In this document: positions 1-7,937 of the stretch, piece by piece
Layout: each line of letters starts with the position of its first letter
Numbering within the stretch: the first letter of the stretch is position 1
Assembly (NCBI GenBank): GCA_028711505.1
Contig: JAQTSC010000003.1
Coordinates: 9,397-73,396, forward strand
Origin: Minisyncoccota bacterium
GTDB lineage: Bacteria; Patescibacteriota; Minisyncoccia; JAHISW01; Tagabacteraceae
Length of the DNA: 64,000 nt
Reading direction: 5' to 3'
The notes under the pieces: generated by a model
What the model saw: only the letters and a program-made list of their open reading frames with translations
What the model was told of the DNA's origin: nothing
The model's database searches: none
Position numbers and translations under genes: made by a program

Positions 1-285
1 GAATTTGTGGGGAGCGGAGGATATGACCCGAGCCGTTTGGCAAGCCAGGTTGTTGTTGGTGTAGGTTTTCTTGGCGCCGGAATAATTTTTTCTTCCCAAA
101 AAGAAGTGCACGGCCTTACGACCGCGGCGGCAATTTGGGTTTCCGCCGCCGTCGGCACGGCGGTCGGTCTTAAATTTTACGCGGTTGCCGTCTTTACCGC
201 GATGCTCACTGTTTTTATTCTTTGGTTTTTAAGGCTTATAGAAAGCAAAGTTCCAAGGGCGGAAGGAAAGGATGAAATATCTTAG
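1..285 (+). CDS. MgtC/SapB family membrane protein (5' partial)
   Basis: Frame open from base 1; motifs DPSRLASQVVVGVGFLGAG and GLTTAAAIW are typical of the MgtC family. Confidence 0.9.
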   Translation, partial: EFVGSGGYDPSRLASQVVVGVGFLGAGIIFSSQKEVHGLTTAAAIWVSAAVGTAVGLKFYAVAVFTAMLTVFILWFLRLIESKVPRAEGKDEIS

Positions 286-1381
286 AGGGATCGGAATTAT
301 TGTCGGACTTATGTTCGGGGCGGGAATTTTTGCCCTTCCTTATACTGTTTTAAAATCGGGGGTATTGTGGGGGCTTATACATTTTTTTGTAGCCCTCTTT
401 TTAATAATTTTTCTTCATCTTCTTTATGCGGAAATTTCTTTTCGCGCGGGTGACGGCCACCGGTTTGTCGGTTATGTGCGGATGCTTCTGGGAGAAAAGT
501 ACAAGAGTTCGGCGCTTTTCATAACCCTCGCGTCGTACTACGGGACGCTTTTGGCTTACGGTGTTTTGGGAGGCATTTTCCTTTCCAATTTTTTTGAAGA
601 AAAACCGGTGTTTTTTGCTACGCTGGCGTTTTTTGTTTTTGGCTCCCTTTTTCTCCTTCTAAAAATGGGGAATATCGCTTTTTTAAATTTTTGCCTTTCA
701 ATTCCACTTTTTGTTTTCGTCGTCATTCTTGCCTTTTTGCTTTTTCCGTCTTTTGACACGGCAAACTTTCATCTGTTGCCGCAAAATGAAATTGCTGGAA
801 ATTCAAATTGGTTTTTGCCGTACGGTGTCTGGATTTTCGCCCTGTCGGCTCTTGCCGTTATTCCAGACGCGCGAGACCTTTTTCGCTCGTCGTCTGTTAG
901 AAATTTGAAGAGAGTCGTTTTGGCAAGCATTTTTTTGTGCGCCGCGGCTTATCTTCTTTTTACTTTCGCGGTGCTGGGCTCAAGCGGTTTGGAGACAAGC
1001 GATGACGCTTTGTCCGGGCTCTCCGGTATTTTGGGCAGTAAAATTATCTTAGCGGGTTCTATTATGGGTTTTTTGGCGGTTTTCACTTCTTTTCTCGCCT
1101 TGGGTTTTGACCTTCTTCAAATTTTCCGTTTTGATTTCAAAATTTCAAAAACCGCTTCGTGGTTTTTGGCGATAGCGCCTCCTCTTCTTTTTTTCCTCTT
1201 GGGTTTTCATAATTTCGGTAAAATTATCGGAGTGGTCGGCACGATAGGCATCGGCTTTACGGGTTTTTTGGTTATTTTAATGGGATGGAAATCAAGAAAA
1301 AATTTTTGGATTGCCGGAGTCTTAGCATCTTTGGCGATTTTTGCCGCGGTTGCTTACGAAGTTTTTAATATTTTTTTCTGA
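272..1381 (+). CDS. Aromatic amino acid permease family transporter
   Basis: N-terminal GLMFGAGIFALPY motif, about 11 hydrophobic segments, TSFL motif. Confidence 0.8.
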   Translation: MKYLRGIGIIVGLMFGAGIFALPYTVLKSGVLWGLIHFFVALFLIIFLHLLYAEISFRAGDGHRFVGYVRMLLGEKYKSSALFITLASYYGTLLAYGVLGGIFLSNFFEEKPVFFATLAFFVFGSLFLLLKMGNIAFLNFCLSIPLFVFVVILAFLLFPSFDTANFHLLPQNEIAGNSNWFLPYGVWIFALSALAVIPDARDLFRSSSVRNLKRVVLASIFLCAAAYLLFTFAVLGSSGLETSDDALSGLSGILGSKIILAGSIMGFLAVFTSFLALGFDLLQIFRFDFKISKTASWFLAIAPPLLFFLLGFHNFGKIIGVVGTIGIGFTGFLVILMGWKSRKNFWIAGVLASLAIFAAVAYEVFNIFF

Positions 1382-1395
1382 CATTTTGACCAAAC

Positions 1396-2652
1396 ATGAA
1401 AATAATCGCTGATTTTCACATCCACTCCAAATATTCCCGCGCCGTTTCCCGCGATATGGTTTTGGCAAATATCTCTAAAACCGCCGCGAAAAAAGGAATT
1501 CAAGTTATGGGCACCGGAGATTTTACTCATCCCGCGTGGTTTGATGAAATTAAAAAAGAACTTAAGCCGGCGGAAGAAGGTCTTTTTAAAATCAAAAACG
1601 ATGAAACAAGATTTATGCTTACCGCGGAAATCGCCAACATTTATTCAAAGGGCGGAAAAACGCGGCGCGTCCATAATGTGATTTTTTCTCCCACGATAGA
1701 GGCGGTGGAAAAAATAAACAATAAATTAAACTGGATAGGAAATTTGAAATCCGACGGCAGGCCCATGCTTGGTTTGGATTCTAAAAAACTTCTGGAAATA
1801 ATTTTGGACGCCGACCCGCGGTGCGTTCTCGTCCCTGCTCACGCGTGGACCCCGTGGTTTTCCATTTTCGGTTCGATGTCGGGATTTGATTCCATAGAAG
1901 AATGTTTTGACGATTTGAGCGGCCATATTTTCGCGATTGAAACGGGGCTTTCATCGGACCCGGGAATGAACTGGCGGCTTTCCGCTTTGGATAAAATTTC
2001 TTTGATTTCAAATTCCGACAGCCACTCGCCTTCAAAAATCGGAAGGGAAGCGAATGTTTTTGACTGCGATTTAAGTTATGACGGAATATTTTCCGTTATA
2101 AAAAAGACCGAACCTGCCGACAGGCAGGCGGGAAAATTTTTGTACACGATTGAATTTTTTCCGGAAGAAGGCAAATATCATTTTGACGGGCACAGCGCCT
2201 GCAAGGTTTCTTTTTCTCCGGAAGAAACGAAAAAATTGGAAGGTTTGTGTCCGGTATGCGGAAGAAAAATGACAATAGGAGTTTTAAGCAGGGTAAACGT
2301 TCTGGCGGACAGGGGAGAAGGGGCAAAACCCGCGGGCGCGGTTCCTTATAAAAATTTAATTCCTCTTAACGAGATAATCGCCGAAGCTAAAGATGTCGGC
2401 GTTCAGACAAAAACCGTCGGCGGCATCTATGAAAAATTGCTTGACGAGTTTGGCACGGAAATGGAAATTTTGCTTGAAACGCCCGTTGAAAAAATTTTTG
2501 AAATTGCAGGAGCTCGCGTTTCCGAAGGATTAAAAAATATGCGCGAAGGAAAAGTAAAAATAAAACCCGGGTATGACGGCGAGTATGGAAAAATTTCTTT
2601 GTTCGGCGAAGGCGATGAAAAAGAAAAACAGACACAAAAAAGTTTATTTTAA
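1396..2652 (+). CDS. Endonuclease Q-like PHP-domain protein (YqxK/TIGR00375-like)
   Basis: DFHIHSKYSRA, GTGDFTHP, PAHAWTPW, NSDSHS, GKYH..GH..C, CPVCG and PGYDGEYG motifs. Confidence 0.85.
   Translation: MKIIADFHIHSKYSRAVSRDMVLANISKTAAKKGIQVMGTGDFTHPAWFDEIKKELKPAEEGLFKIKNDETRFMLTAEIANIYSKGGKTRRVHNVIFSPTIEAVEKINNKLNWIGNLKSDGRPMLGLDSKKLLEIILDADPRCVLVPAHAWTPWFSIFGSMSGFDSIEECFDDLSGHIFAIETGLSSDPGMNWRLSALDKISLISNSDSHSPSKIGREANVFDCDLSYDGIFSVIKKTEPADRQAGKFLYTIEFFPEEGKYHFDGHSACKVSFSPEETKKLEGLCPVCGRKMTIGVLSRVNVLADRGEGAKPAGAVPYKNLIPLNEIIAEAKDVGVQTKTVGGIYEKLLDEFGTEMEILLETPVEKIFEIAGARVSEGLKNMREGKVKIKPGYDGEYGKISLFGEGDEKEKQTQKSLF
2113..2132 (-). repeat. Short palindromic element inserted in-frame in the EndoQ gene (encodes PADRQAG)
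   Basis: Minus strand reads CCCGCCTGCCTGTCGGCAGG (stem CCTGCC/GGCAGG); starts with the same CCCGCCT end as the inserts at 26016, 31054 and 31095. Confidence 0.55.
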
Positions 2653-2660
2653 AAATAAAC

Positions 2661-2687
2661 AAGCCCCGGGCAATGCCTGGGGCTTTT
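2661..2687. terminator. Bidirectional intrinsic terminator
   Basis: AAGCCCCGGGC-AAT-GCCTGGGGCTT stem flanked by A and T tracts. Confidence 0.75.
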
Positions 2688-2840
2688 AGAAAGAAAGGAG
2701 AGTGTAAAAGAACCGAAAACCGGATTCGAAAAAAGGAAACAAAGTCTCAAAAAATGAAACAGTCCTTAAGGGGTCAATGACCCACTCGCAGGCTCTTGGA
2801 GAACTCGATTCCTCCCTCCGCATCCACTCGTCAACAGAAC
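2661..2840 (-). ncRNA. Candidate structured non-coding RNA (long rod-like hairpin)
   Basis: On the minus strand 2809-2825 can pair with 2722-2738 at 16/17 positions using G-U pairs; further inner pairing, apical GGGTCA-T-TGACCC, and it ends in the terminator at 2661-2687. Confidence 0.4.
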
Positions 2841-2886
2841 TCTGTTTATATGATAAAATTTTATTTGTAAACCTACAAGCATTTTC

Positions 2887-2895
2887 TGTGGATAA
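2887..2895 (-). promoter_or_regulatory. Perfect DnaA box consensus
   Basis: TGTGGATAA (reverse complement of TTATCCACA), 2 nt upstream of the ATG at 2898. Confidence 0.4.
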
Positions 2896-2897
2896 CA

Positions 2898-4151
2898 ATG
2901 AACAAAGAACTTTCCAAAATTTTATACGAAATGGCGGAATATTACGAAATAGAAGGGACCGCTTTTAAGCCGCAGGCTTATACAAAGGCCGCTATGTCTA
3001 TTGAGTCTTTAGCTTTGGATATTTCGGAAATTTACAGAAAAGACGGAATAAACGGCCTTAAATCTATTTCCGGCGTCGGTTCCGGTATCGCCGAGCGCAT
3101 TGAAGAGTATATGAAAAGGGGAAAGATTGAAGATTACGAAAATTTAAAAAAGAAGTTTCCCGCGAACGTTTCAGAGCTTACTTCCGTAGATGGCGTCGGA
3201 CCTAAACTTATAAAGCTTTTTTACGACAGGCTAAAAATAAAAGATATTAATGGTCTTGAGAAGGCAGCAAAAAAAGGGGAAATTAAAAATCTTCCAAGGT
3301 GCGGAGAAAAATTGGAAAAGAAGATTTTAAAATGGATTGAATTTTACAAAAAATCCGTTAACGATTCTTTGCCGGAAGAAATTTTCGGTTTGCCAAAAGA
3401 TAATGGGCTGGGGTTTATTGAGGAAAAAGATATCAAAGGCGATTTGCATGTTCACTCCCATTACAATGCTGATAAAGAGTTTGTAAACAGGATGATACAA
3501 AAAGCGGCAGAGAGGGGATATGAATATCTTGGAATTTCCGACCACACGAAATTTCTCGCGATTGAACACGGGCTAAACGAGAAAGAATTGATGGAGCAGG
3601 CGGAACTGATAAAAAAATTAAGCTCGGAGCATAAAATTAAAATCTTTCACGGATGCGAAGCCAATATCTTAGCCGACGGTTCCATTGATATTTCCGACGA
3701 CGCTTTGGCAAAGCTTGATTATGTGATAGCGGGAGTGCATTCGCAGATGAAAATGCCGAAAAAAGAAATGACGGAGAGAATAATAAAAGCGATGGAAAAC
3801 CCCAATGTCGATATTATTTCTCACCCGACCGGACGAATAATCCGCCAGCGCGATGAATTTGAAATTGATTTTGATGAAATTTTAAAAACCGCAAAATTAA
3901 CCGGAACTATTTTGGAAATTAATTCCAATCCGTACAGATTGGATTTAAAAAGTTCCAATATAAAAAAAGCGAAAAAAGCGGGGGTGATGATGATTATAAA
4001 TTCCGACGCGCATCAGCCGGAACAGATGGATTTTATAAAATTTGGAATTGAAGAGGCTCGCAAGGGAGGAGCGGAGAAAAAAGATATTTTAAATATTTTG
4101 CCTTTGCAAAAATTTGTGGAGTTTTTTAAGAAAAAGAAAAAAGACAGATAA
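2898..4151 (+). CDS. PolX-PHP-like protein lacking the polymerase palm/thumb domains
   Basis: N-terminal 8-kDa lyase and HhH motifs (AYTKAA, ISGVGSGIAERI, VDGVGPK) joined directly to a PHP domain (GDLHVH, SDH, GVH, SHP, NSDAH); no GSxRR or DxD motif. Confidence 0.8.
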   Translation: MNKELSKILYEMAEYYEIEGTAFKPQAYTKAAMSIESLALDISEIYRKDGINGLKSISGVGSGIAERIEEYMKRGKIEDYENLKKKFPANVSELTSVDGVGPKLIKLFYDRLKIKDINGLEKAAKKGEIKNLPRCGEKLEKKILKWIEFYKKSVNDSLPEEIFGLPKDNGLGFIEEKDIKGDLHVHSHYNADKEFVNRMIQKAAERGYEYLGISDHTKFLAIEHGLNEKELMEQAELIKKLSSEHKIKIFHGCEANILADGSIDISDDALAKLDYVIAGVHSQMKMPKKEMTERIIKAMENPNVDIISHPTGRIIRQRDEFEIDFDEILKTAKLTGTILEINSNPYRLDLKSSNIKKAKKAGVMMIINSDAHQPEQMDFIKFGIEEARKGGAEKKDILNILPLQKFVEFFKKKKKDR

Positions 4152-4161
4152 AGATAAAAAA

Positions 4162-4186
4162 ACAAAACCGCCGATGGCGGTTTTGT
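4162..4186. terminator. Bidirectional terminator between the polX-like gene and ssrA
   Basis: ACAAAACCGCC-GAT-GGCGGTTTTGT perfect stem. Confidence 0.8.
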
Positions 4187-4195
4187 GGTGTGATG

Positions 4196-4532
4196 TGGAG
4201 ATGGTGGGATTTGAACCCACGTGAGAAAGAAAATCTTAAAATCGTCTACAAGCGTATTCCGGTTGTGTAGACGAAGCGTTTAGACCGGACGAAAAGCGCT
4301 TCGTTTTTTCTCCTTTTAGTCCCCGCGTTTTGGAGAAAAAAGCGGGCAAGCCTCAAAATGACGCCCGCGATCCCCTATGAGACATCCGGGACGGACGGCT
4401 TAAGCGTAATTACGCTAAAGCAGGTGCTAATTGAAAATTTGCACTTATTTGTTTGGCGAATGATTTGGGAGGTTTCGCCAGCCTCCGCTTGCGAACTTTG
4501 AGACTGTTCTCTCTACGATTCCTTTCACCCCC
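4196..4532 (-). ncRNA. ssrA: tmRNA; tag peptide (A)ANFQLAPALA encoded at 4442-4410
   Basis: 5' GGGGGTG pairs with 3' CATCTCC-A (G3-U); T-arm GTGGGTTCAAATCCCAC; resume context ATAAGT-GCA; tag ends in ALA-stop; adjacent to smpB; CCA not encoded. Confidence 0.95.
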
Positions 4533-4533
4533 G

Positions 4534-4980
4534 TTATATTTCTTTTTTCAAATTTCTCTCAATTTCCCGTTTGCTTTCCCTCTCTTTTATCTTTTGCCTT
4601 TTGTCGTATTTTTTCATCCCGCGCGCCACCGCAAAAGAAAGTTTTACAAGACCATTTTTAACAAAAACGGACACCGGAATCAAGGTGAGCCCTTTTTGGG
4701 ATTCTTTTCCGGAAAGATAATCTATTTCTTTTTTATTGAGAAGCAGTTTGCGCGTTCTTTGTGAATCATAATCTTCAGGCGTGTTCTTTGGCTGGTAGGG
4801 AGGCACTTCCATTCCAACTATAAACGCTTCTCCTCCTCTTATTACAACGTGAGCGCCAGCCAAGTTTCCGCGTTTCATTTTAAGCGATTTTACTTCAAAA
4901 CCCAAAAGCCGCATCCCTGCCTCAAATTGTTCCAGGATTTCGTAATCAAAATTTGCCTTTTTGTTGTCCAGAAGCGTCAT
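4534..4980 (-). CDS. smpB: SsrA-binding protein
   Basis: NKKANFDY, EAG..L.G.EVKSL, RTRKLLL and GMKKYDKR motifs. Confidence 0.97.
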   Translation of the reverse strand: MTLLDNKKANFDYEILEQFEAGMRLLGFEVKSLKMKRGNLAGAHVVIRGGEAFIVGMEVPPYQPKNTPEDYDSQRTRKLLLNKKEIDYLSGKESQKGLTLIPVSVFVKNGLVKLSFAVARGMKKYDKRQKIKERESKREIERNLKKEI

Positions 4981-5021
4981 GAATATAATTATATTTTACC
5001 TTGAAATGTTTTACTAATGGG

Positions 5022-5053
5022 AAAAGAAAACGCGGGGTTTTTTGACCCCGCGT
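5022..5053 (-). terminator. Intrinsic terminator after the beta-barrel gene
   Basis: ACGCGGGGT/ACCCCGCGT stem followed by a T tract on the minus strand. Confidence 0.7.
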
Positions 5054-5087
5054 CCAATAACTTTTTTGTGCTGTATTTTGCGCAGAA

Positions 5088-5852
5088 TTAAAAAGGGATA
5101 TTGAAGGTCAATCCTCCTCGAATTTTATTACAAGCAAGATTGTCTTCGTCCCCGAATCTTTTTTGAAAAAAGATCATCGGGCTGAGCGTCGCTTTCCAAA
5201 AAGGCATTGCAACGGGCAAGGACAAAACCAGTCGTCCGTAGTTTAATGTTTTTGGTTCGCTTCCATAAGCTCCGTCGTTTCCGCCAAAACATAAATCCAG
5301 ATTCAGCTTTTGCTTGTCAAAGGGCAGGTCAATCGCGTAGAGAGCTCCAAATTTCCACAAAACTCCGCCTTCAACAATGTCTTTGTCGGTCGGCCAGTCT
5401 TTTTCTATGACTCCATAGAACGAAACCCCTTTTACCGGCGGGGATATAACCCTGAAACAAAGAGCGTGGAGATCTCCGTTTATTTCGCCGATACGGTACA
5501 TATCGCCAAACAAATATTCAAGTCCAAACCTCCAGCCGTTAATTGTTTTGAAGACGTCAAGCATATAATCGTTTTCATCTCCAAAATCGGAATTGAATCC
5601 GCCTCTCGGACTTACAGACGACCAAAATGTGCCGGAGAAATCTACAATCTCCGTTTCCATGCCCAAAGTGGCGCTTTGCTGAAACACGGGATCGTCAAAG
5701 ACAAGAGACCCTGACATTCCGCCTGTATAATCGGTGTAATATCCGAAGTTTAGGTTTCCGCCGAGTTTTGTCTCCGCGCTTGCCATTTGCGCCGCCATCG
5801 CCGTAAATACTGCAAGAAAAGCGCAAAACATAAAAACCTTCCATTTCTTCAT
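5088..5852 (-). CDS. Secreted putative beta-barrel protein (TorF/Gcw_chp porin-like)
   Basis: Start placed at MKKWKVF after SD GGGAGGGAGG; Sec signal peptide ending ASA; alternating aromatic beta strands, TDY, DPVFQ and ENDY motifs; C-terminal Phe (GLTFNIPF). Confidence 0.6.
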   Translation of the reverse strand: MKKWKVFMFCAFLAVFTAMAAQMASAETKLGGNLNFGYYTDYTGGMSGSLVFDDPVFQQSATLGMETEIVDFSGTFWSSVSPRGGFNSDFGDENDYMLDVFKTINGWRFGLEYLFGDMYRIGEINGDLHALCFRVISPPVKGVSFYGVIEKDWPTDKDIVEGGVLWKFGALYAIDLPFDKQKLNLDLCFGGNDGAYGSEPKTLNYGRLVLSLPVAMPFWKATLSPMIFFQKRFGDEDNLACNKIRGGLTFNIPF

Positions 5853-5886
5853 TTTTCCTCCCTCCCTTGTTTTCAAAGATTTACGA

Positions 5887-5915
5887 ATTCTAAGATGATT
5901 TATAAAAGAAGTCAA
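5887..5915 (-). promoter_or_regulatory. Sigma70-type promoter
   Basis: TTGACT-17 nt-TAGAAT on the minus strand. Confidence 0.7.
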
Positions 5916-5921
5916 GCATAG

Positions 5922-5949
5922 AAAAAGACGGAGTTTTGCCCCGTCTTTT
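5922..5949 (-). terminator. Intrinsic terminator
   Basis: AAAAGACGG/CCGTCTTTT stem. Confidence 0.7.
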
Positions 5950-5964
5950 GTTTAGGTTTTTGGC

Positions 5965-6702
5965 CTAATATTTTTTAACCACCGTAATTCTCGGGCAGGC
6001 TTCTTTGTAAATCGCCGCGAGAAATTCTTTTATCGGAATGAAGAAATTTGCAGTATTTCTCCATGCCTTTTCTACTTTATCATTGTTTTTTAGTATCTTT
6101 TTTCCTGACCAAACGCCGGCGCATAGGATAAGGATACCTTTGCCGATTTTGTACCAGATGTCCTCGAACACAACAGAAGAGAAACCGAGTTTTAAGAGAG
6201 GCCAACCTATTTGGAATAAAAGCATCCAAACTAAAAGCACGCAAAGTGCCGTTAAGCATGCCTCAGCCGGTGTTAACCACATCTTTCTTTTGCTGTCTTT
6301 CCCAAACCGGCAGAGAGGATGAAATTTTAGAAGCCCTTTGTTGTAGTCGATGATAAGAGGTCTTCCAAAAAAAAGCGCCGGCAGCGCCACGATGGCGGAA
6401 AGAGTTAAAAGCAGCGCAAAAAATAAAGTTCCTAAAAACAATCCCCAGTAGAGTTTGCAGAGGCTAAAGGGGATCGAGTCCTCTTTTGGGCCAAACCAGG
6501 AAAAAAGGTCGAAATGTTTGCTTCCGGCATTAAAAAGAAAGCAATACCGGAAGATGTGTCCGGCGACAAATCTACAATTGCCATCTTCGTCTTTAGGGTT
6601 TTTAAAATCAACCATCATCCCCATTAAAACAAGGATGAAAACGAAGTAACCGGGAATTACCATCGGCCATCCCCAAAGCCATTCGCAGATGCTAGCTAGC
6701 AT
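5965..6702 (-). CDS. Hypothetical membrane protein (about 4 TM segments, Cys-rich)
   Basis: Long ORF; AGGAGGGG SD supports a start at 6702 (or 6708); own promoter and terminator. Confidence 0.7.
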   Translation of the reverse strand: MLASICEWLWGWPMVIPGYFVFILVLMGMMVDFKNPKDEDGNCRFVAGHIFRYCFLFNAGSKHFDLFSWFGPKEDSIPFSLCKLYWGLFLGTLFFALLLTLSAIVALPALFFGRPLIIDYNKGLLKFHPLCRFGKDSKRKMWLTPAEACLTALCVLLVWMLLFQIGWPLLKLGFSSVVFEDIWYKIGKGILILCAGVWSGKKILKNNDKVEKAWRNTANFFIPIKEFLAAIYKEACPRITVVKKY

Positions 6703-6770
6703 GTTCATACCCCTCCTTTTTTGTTTTGCGTATTTTGTCAAAGCCGGAAATCGGCGAAATATCTTGTTGT

Positions 6771-6799
6771 ATAATACATTTTTAATCTTGATTTGTCAA
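6771..6799 (-). promoter_or_regulatory. Sigma70-type promoter
   Basis: TTGACA-17 nt-TATTAT on the minus strand. Confidence 0.7.
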
Positions 6800-6820
6800 G
6801 AGCAAGAAAAAACTCCGGTA

Positions 6821-6850
6821 TTGACCAAAACGCGATTACTTGTATATAAT
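6821..6850 (+). promoter_or_regulatory. Sigma70-type promoter upstream of secE
   Basis: TTGACC-18 nt-TATAAT. Confidence 0.65.
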
Positions 6851-6866
6851 AGGAAATAACAAATGT

Positions 6867-6888
6867 AAGCCCGGAAGGGGGCTTTTTT
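6867..6888 (+). terminator. Terminator-like hairpin in the secE leader
   Basis: AAGCCC-GGAAGG-GGGCTT followed by a T run, between the promoter and secE. Confidence 0.45.
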
Positions 6889-6909
6889 AATAAAAAGAAG
6901 TTTTAGAAT

Positions 6910-7095
6910 ATGTTTGAGAAGTTAGTAAATTATCTGAAAGGCACGAAAGCCGAACTTGGATACGTGAACTGGCCGACAAAAAAGCAAACGGTTAATTTTA
7001 CCCTGCTTGTTATCGGCGTTTCGCTTCTTGTGGCGGCTTTCCTCGGTTTTTTTGACACGATTTTTACCTTTCTTCTTGAGAAATTTGTTTTTTAG
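6910..7095 (+). CDS. secE: Preprotein translocase subunit SecE
   Basis: EL..V.WPT motif, single TM segment, upstream of nusG. Confidence 0.95.
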   Translation: MFEKLVNYLKGTKAELGYVNWPTKKQTVNFTLLVIGVSLLVAAFLGFFDTIFTFLLEKFVF

Positions 7096-7110
7096 TTTTT
7101 TCATAAATAT

Positions 7111-7704
7111 ATGGAAGAAAACAATGCGATAACGCCGGAGACAAATGTTTCCAAGAGCGAGAACCCAAAGCCGAAACAGGAAGGCCGGTATTGGTATGCC
7201 ATACATACTTATTCGGGCTACGAAGACGCGGTTGTCCGCAATTTAAAACAGCGAATAGAATCGCTTGGAATGGAAGACAAGATTTTTAACGTGGTTGTCC
7301 CGACGGAGAAAAAAATAAAAATTAAAGGGGGTAAAAGAAATATCGTTGAAGAAAAACTTTACGCCGGATACGTTCTTGTCGAGATGATGGTAACGCATGA
7401 TTCGTGGTATGTCGTGAGAAATACTCCGAGGGTAACAGGTTTTGTCGGTTCGGGCACGACCCCGACTCCATTAAGAGAAGACGAGATAGATAATCTTTTT
7501 CAGAGAATGGGAGCGAAAGAGCCTAAGTATAAGGCGGATATCAGCGTGGGCGAACAGGTAAAAATAGTCGACGGTCCGTTTAAGGATTTTGAAGGCAGAG
7601 TAAGCGAAACCGATGAAAGCAGGGGCAAGATAAAAATCCTGGTTTCCATGTTCGGAAGGGAAACCCCTGTTGAACTTGATTTTTTACAGGTAAAAAAGAT
7701 ATAA
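7111..7704 (+). CDS. nusG: Transcription termination/antitermination factor NusG
   Basis: WYAIHTYSGYE, VRNTPRVTGFVG, KOW domain, FGRETPVEL. Confidence 0.98.
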   Translation: MEENNAITPETNVSKSENPKPKQEGRYWYAIHTYSGYEDAVVRNLKQRIESLGMEDKIFNVVVPTEKKIKIKGGKRNIVEEKLYAGYVLVEMMVTHDSWYVVRNTPRVTGFVGSGTTPTPLREDEIDNLFQRMGAKEPKYKADISVGEQVKIVDGPFKDFEGRVSETDESRGKIKILVSMFGRETPVELDFLQVKKI

Positions 7705-7731
7705 ATAGTAATTAAGAATCAGCCATAAGCC

Positions 7732-7932
7732 ATGAGCAGAGTCGGAAAAACAAACAAATCATACAGCAAGAGATTAAAAATTACCAAAACAGGCAAGGTG
7801 CTTCAGCGCGGTCCCGGCATGGGACATTTCAATGCCAAAGAAAGCAGGAGCAAGCAGCTTCCGAGAAAAAAATTAAAAAGCTTCAATATCGGCAGCAAAA
7901 AAAACATGAAGCATTATCTGCCGTTTAGTTAA
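7732..7932 (+). CDS. rpmI: 50S ribosomal protein L35
   Basis: KTNKSYSKRLKITKTGKV...H motif; precedes rplT. Confidence 0.9.
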   Translation: MSRVGKTNKSYSKRLKITKTGKVLQRGPGMGHFNAKESRSKQLPRKKLKSFNIGSKKNMKHYLPFS

Positions 7933-7937
7933 TCAAT

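Noticed and set aside
2686-2968. Short ORFs 2686-2898 (-) and 2777-2968 (+)
   Set aside because: No convincing start signals or protein features; strand-specific RNA pairing explains the region better, though a 45-aa peptide from ATG 2823 cannot be excluded
4453-4764. 103-aa plus-strand ORF
   Set aside because: Antisense shadow of smpB and the tmRNA
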